Shown here in pieces: positions 52,701 to 64,000 of a stretch of DNA of 64,000 bases (its first letter is position 1; each line of letters begins with the position of its first letter). Source of the DNA: Balanoglossus misakiensis. Lineage: Eukaryota > Animalia > Hemichordata. The stretch lies in contig CM082594.2 of the NCBI GenBank assembly GCA_040954595.2, positions 4,201,319 through 4,265,318 of the forward strand, in the 5' to 3' direction. A model generated the notes under the pieces. That model made no database searches. It was not told the DNA's origin and saw nothing but the letters and a program-made list of their open reading frames with translations. The position numbers and the translations under genes are program-made.

Positions 52701-54750
52701 AAGTGCATTCAAGTATGGAATCAAATCCAGTTTGCAACAAGAACAATGCAGACTGCTCCTCACATATGAGCCTTGTTGATCAGCTAAATACATTGTATAG
52801 CTAATAGCTCATCTTGGGAGAAACTGCAGCTGATAAACTGGCGAGTAATAATAATGAAAACATACCCAAAAGACAAAGCTGAAAAACCTATTCTAATTCT
52901 TATTTTCAACCTGAAGAATTTTTTCATCCGAAGAAAATACTTCTCTCTTGTTTTTTGTTGTAAAATTCAATTGTGCTTTTAAAGTCAGTTGACTGGAAGT
53001 TCAATTTTTGACACTTTTTGTATCCTTTTGCTGCTTCCCCCCCCCCCCCCCCACACATTATTCTCTATTACTCGACAGAAATATTGATAAGCTGAGGACA
53101 AGTTTTATCAACAACCTCATAAACAGTTTTGTTTAGAGTTGATTCAGATAACGGACAATATTTTTACAAAGAGAAAAAAAATGAAACAAGGCTATAGTAT
53201 AACAAAACTAAAGAATTATTCAACTGCAGCCACTAAAATGGAAAACCATGTTCACACACTGACTTGTTTAAAATTTGATAGCTCAACACTTTGTATACGG
53301 AAAAAAATTAAGGCAGTCTTTTGTATAATTCAACATATTTTGTAGAAAATTTTCCTGAAATTCTGTCATTTCTCGACAACGAAATTCATTTTAAGTACTT
53401 CAATGGACATTAAAACTCGAAAAGAATAAAATACAAGCTGGGTTACTTTACAGGAATGTATCTATGGAAAATCTGTTTTTTTCCCCATCACCAAGGTCGA
53501 TGTTTGTATAAGTATTAAGGAAAAAGGGGTCTAACTTATTCAAACTTTTGATTATTTAGGACTTTAGCAGAAAATATGTGTGAATCTGATTGACGACAAT
53601 CAAATATTCACTAGATTTCAAATGAAAACTCATGTCCACAAACCCCTTGAAAACTAAACACCATCATAGCATATCTGCTAAAATACAGAAATGGTTGATA
53701 TTATTGATGATCCTGAGCTAGGCTGAATTATTTGCCTAACCACATTTCAGATAAGAAATCTGCATCCTTTTCATCAATTAGTAAACAAACCTATCTCTAT
53801 CAGATCACCTTTTTAAAATTTGCTTTAAAAAAAAACTACCCCTGCATATACTTTTATCTGAAAAAGTAAACATCCCTAAAAACCATACAAGAATTCACAT
53901 AGTAAGATAATCGCCAAGATTTAGTTCATAGTTTCCATGGAAATAAAAACATACACAATCTATTTACAAACAATATCTGGCTAGTAAAAACATCTGAAGA
54001 AAAGTTGAGAGGTAAATTTCTCATTACACCATGGCTATAAGTACATCAGATTTTAAGTACATTATAAAAGTCACCAGTTTGCTCTGCTGAAAATTTTCAA
54101 TTTTTCTCAGTATCTTTTGATATTGATTCGATGGTTGAGAGGTTTTGAAGGTACTATATATTGTAGATAACACCCCCATTTCTTTGTAAAAAGGTCCAGG
54201 TTCACCATAGAAAAGCAATGGGTTTGGCCCAAACCATGGTGTTGAACGGGTTAATAATTGTCAAAATTATGGCAACTGAAGAGTATGGGGACTGTGTTAA
54301 TTTTTTAGAAACTAGCATAAGACTCAGTAACTTTAGATATAACTGAAGTTGGAATGTTTTTCTCTCAAATGGCAGAAAATAATCCTGATGTCTGGTGATT
54401 AGACGGTAAACAATGTCCTGTCCACTGATAGTGAACAAACTGTGATCACATGGTACAATCAGATAACAATCAGAACTCAGTCGGTGGAGTAATATCCAGT
54501 TCAACCAGACATATACCCATGTTTTTACACACTGTGTTCAATGTGTAATAATTTTTGCATGTGTTAACATTGTCAATTCAGAACTCATTTGCATATTTCA
54601 TATAACTCAAGATTGGAGGCGTTAAACCTAAAGCGAACACATCTGGATATAAAACTAACAGTTGCCATGGCAAAAAATCTCTTGTAATCGTCAATTACTG
54701 CAGTGAGACAAATTGGCTTTTTTTCACTGAATTATTCTCTGGCAGTCGTT

Positions 54751-63506
<8,756 letters not shown>

Positions 63507-64000
63507 GGGGAGCGGTCCTCGTACTATCCAAACACAGCCGCGCAGGAAATATTCATTCACATGGAGCGTGGAATCAAAAATATCATTTAAATTGTCTTGA
63601 TCAAATTGATTAATTCCACGATGACATCACTATCTATCTGACCTACTTAACACCAGCCAGATTTATCCTGGGAAAGACTCAATTCTGTTAAAATCAGTTA
63701 CATGTAGATTTTCAAATCACAGCGAGTCTTACGCCAGACTGTGACGGCCCCAGTCTTTGCGAGAACATAGAATCAGACCGGCCGCTGACTTGGCCATTAT
63801 TTTTTCTGTGTGAATTCAGCCGAGATTCTGCGATGGTTTGAGAGGTCATGGAGTTGTTGACAAGGTGTCCATGTTTGTCTTGTCTTCCAAGCGCTGAGAG
63901 TCGGCCCGGCATATTAATCAGGGCCCGTAACCCCAATCAGCATCTCGGCAAGCACAGACAATTGCTAAAGGGTTAGCTATTGGAGCTAATGATTGATCAA

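Noticed and set aside
63712-63936. 74-aa ORF as a possible HNF4 N-terminal exon
   Set aside because: Non-ATG start, no HNF4 similarity and no convincing phase-1 donor.

Overview
Intron-rich, AT-rich eukaryotic (animal) genomic DNA. It is most likely an invertebrate deuterostome (ambulacrarian, hemichordate/echinoderm-like); this is inferred from gene content and a fibropellin-type avidin domain. Eight protein-coding genes can be read by hand. In order: the 5' end of RanBP9/10 (-), a carbohydrate 6-O-sulfotransferase with a single coding exon (-), TSNAXIP1 (-), a secretory-pathway cyclophilin with a degenerate active site (-), a secreted avidin-domain protein with an acidic Ser-rich N-terminal extension built partly from micro-exons (+), sialate O-acetylesterase SIAE (-), DCAF11/WDR23 (+) and HNF4 (-). 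Introns and intergenic DNA carry several MITE families, an L2/CR1-type LINE relic, a hierarchical minisatellite and microsatellites. The most unusual feature is the divergent pair at about 27.7-34.9 kb: an apparent pseudo-enzyme cyclophilin and an avidin with an intact biotin pocket fused to a casein-like SSSSEE phosphorylation cluster. No prokaryotic systems (CRISPR, operons) and no tRNA or rRNA genes were seen. Exon coordinates were derived by eye, and internal ones may be off by a few bases.
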